This document shows, piece by piece, positions 63,166-64,000 of a stretch of DNA of 64,000 nucleotides. Numbering within the stretch: position 1 is the first letter of the stretch; every line of letters starts with the position of its first letter. Where the stretch lies: the NCBI GenBank assembly GCA_023667365.1, contig JAMPAG010000003.1, forward strand, positions 16,384 through 80,383, written 5' to 3'. The stretch comes from a bacterium. GTDB taxonomy: Bacteria > Bacillota > Clostridia > Lachnospirales > Lachnospiraceae. The notes below the pieces were generated by a model. The model worked only from the letters and a program-made list of their open reading frames with translations, was not told where the DNA came from and did no database searches. Made by a program: the position numbers and the translations under genes.

Positions 63166-63915
63166 CTACATCGTCTCCAAATGATACATGATCCATGCCA
63201 GCACGGCAAGTCCCGCCGTCTCCGTGCGCAGGATCCGCCTGCCCAATGTCACAGGCACAATGCCCGCCGCTTCCGCCGCCTCAATCTCCGCCTCCGCGAA
63301 GCCGCCTTCCGGTCCGATCATGACCGCCGCCTGCATGCCGGGACGGATGCTGCCAATCAGTTCCTTTGTGCGCCCCATGCCTTCCGCAAGCTCATAAGGA
63401 ATCATTTTTATATCCGCCTTTGCCGCCATCTGCACCGCCTCGGCAAAGCGGACAACGGGCGCGACCTTCGGGATCAGCGCACGCCTGCTCTGCTTTGCCG
63501 CCGCCTCCGCGATCGCGTTCCAGCGCGCAAGCTTTGACGCTTCTTTTTTGGCGTCCAGTTTCACGACGCAGCGCGCCGATGCAACGGGAACGATTTCGGA
63601 AACGCCGAGCTCCACTGCTTTTTGAATGATAAGTTCCATTTTATCCGCTTTCGGCAGCGCCTGAAACAGACAAATCTTTGCGGAGAGTTCCACGCCGTCC
63701 TCCTTGATAAAACGAAGCACGCATTCCACACGATCTTTCGTAAACGCATGCACTTCACAGCGGTATTCCTTCCCGTCCGCGCCGTTGCTGACGGCAAGTT
63801 CTTCCCCCGGCTTCATGCGCAGCACGTTCACAATATGGTTCACATCTTCTCCCGTGATCAGGACGCGCCGATTCTCCACATCAATCTGTGACGGTTCTAC
63901 AAAAAAATGATACAT
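63166..63915 (-). CDS. rsmE: 16S rRNA (uracil1498-N3)-methyltransferase
   Basis: MYHFFVEPSQIDVENRRVLITGEDVNHIVNVLRMKPGE..., IGPEGGF, LGRRILRTETA. AAAGGAG RBS. Confidence 0.92.
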   Translation of the reverse strand: MYHFFVEPSQIDVENRRVLITGEDVNHIVNVLRMKPGEELAVSNGADGKEYRCEVHAFTKDRVECVLRFIKEDGVELSAKICLFQALPKADKMELIIQKAVELGVSEIVPVASARCVVKLDAKKEASKLARWNAIAEAAAKQSRRALIPKVAPVVRFAEAVQMAAKADIKMIPYELAEGMGRTKELIGSIRPGMQAAVMIGPEGGFAEAEIEAAEAAGIVPVTLGRRILRTETAGLAVLAWIMYHLETM

Positions 63916-63961
63916 CGGGATCTCCTTTCGCGCATCCGTACTACGGAACCAGACGGATTCC

Positions 63962-64000
63962 TCATTTTTTTCTTCCGGTCACGCTCACCCATTCTCCCTG
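63962..64000 (-). CDS. prmA: 3' end of a gene, probably ribosomal protein L11 methyltransferase PrmA (partial; the rest is off-window)
   Basis: Manual translation gives ...QGEWVSVTGRKKK* (TGA at 63964-63962), like the usual PrmA C-terminus (..GWV.l..kK). prmA precedes rsmE in Bacillus. Only 12 codons are visible. Confidence 0.35.
   Translation of the reverse strand, partial: QGEWVSVTGRKK

Noticed and set aside
1-64000. Prophage, integrative element or known defence system (restriction-modification, toxin-antitoxin, Abi, CBASS, retron and similar).
   Set aside because: No integrase, transposase, reverse transcriptase, nuclease-methylase pair, phage structural gene or tRNA attachment site was recognised. 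RecD2 and ComFC sit in their conserved housekeeping context.

Overview
64-kb chromosomal window from a fairly GC-rich Firmicute, most likely Clostridia (Lachnospiraceae/Oscillospiraceae-like, judged from the protein sequences and Bacillus-type synteny blocks). I call 57 protein-coding genes, and 54 of them are on the minus strand. No rRNA, tRNA, CRISPR array, transposase, integrase or recognisable defence gene is visible.

Left half (1-30.6 kb): a composite cell-surface polysaccharide locus. It holds a priming sugar-phosphate transferase, GT2 and GT4 glycosyltransferases, GDP-fucose genes (manC-fcl-gmd) with a divergent AraC regulator, an O-acyltransferase, a Wzx flippase, an orphan rmlD, a pyruvyl-transferase/ferredoxin/FrhB fusion protein, and two separate polyprenyl-phosphate-sugar modules (GtrB-like GT2 with GtrII-like and GT-C membrane proteins; GT2 + DUF2304 + DUF2142).

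Inside this locus sits an AT-richer three-gene insertion (4.4-7.9 kb). It encodes a receiver-less Spo0A effector domain and two paralogous exported proteins, one with an Amidase_6 domain. This is my best candidate for an undescribed module.

Right half (30.6-64 kb): housekeeping genes.
- leuA, ptsH, and the cdaA-cdaR-glmM c-di-AMP operon
- recD2-comFC-yvyF-like block followed by two unknown membrane proteins
- mbl plus flagellar rod genes with a sigma-28-type promoter
- uvrBA with a LexA (Cheo) box
- type III glutamine synthetase
- a yrr-like block (ireB, ruvX, DUF1292, rnj, YlbF-like, truncated MltG, O-methyltransferase, U32 peptidase)
- mtaB, a His-less HPr-like gene, cysteine desulfurase-thiI, rsmE, and the prmA tail

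Non-coding structure is unusually rich:
- a 39-nt palindrome family that has captured the 3' ends of three genes
- a ~120-nt structured intergenic repeat with partial copies
- a MITE-like palindrome with flanking direct repeats
- a cluster of ACCGGT-centred repeats in the thiI leader
- several in-frame GC-rich tandem repeats inside genes

All calls rest on reading the sequence and translations by eye. No database search was run.
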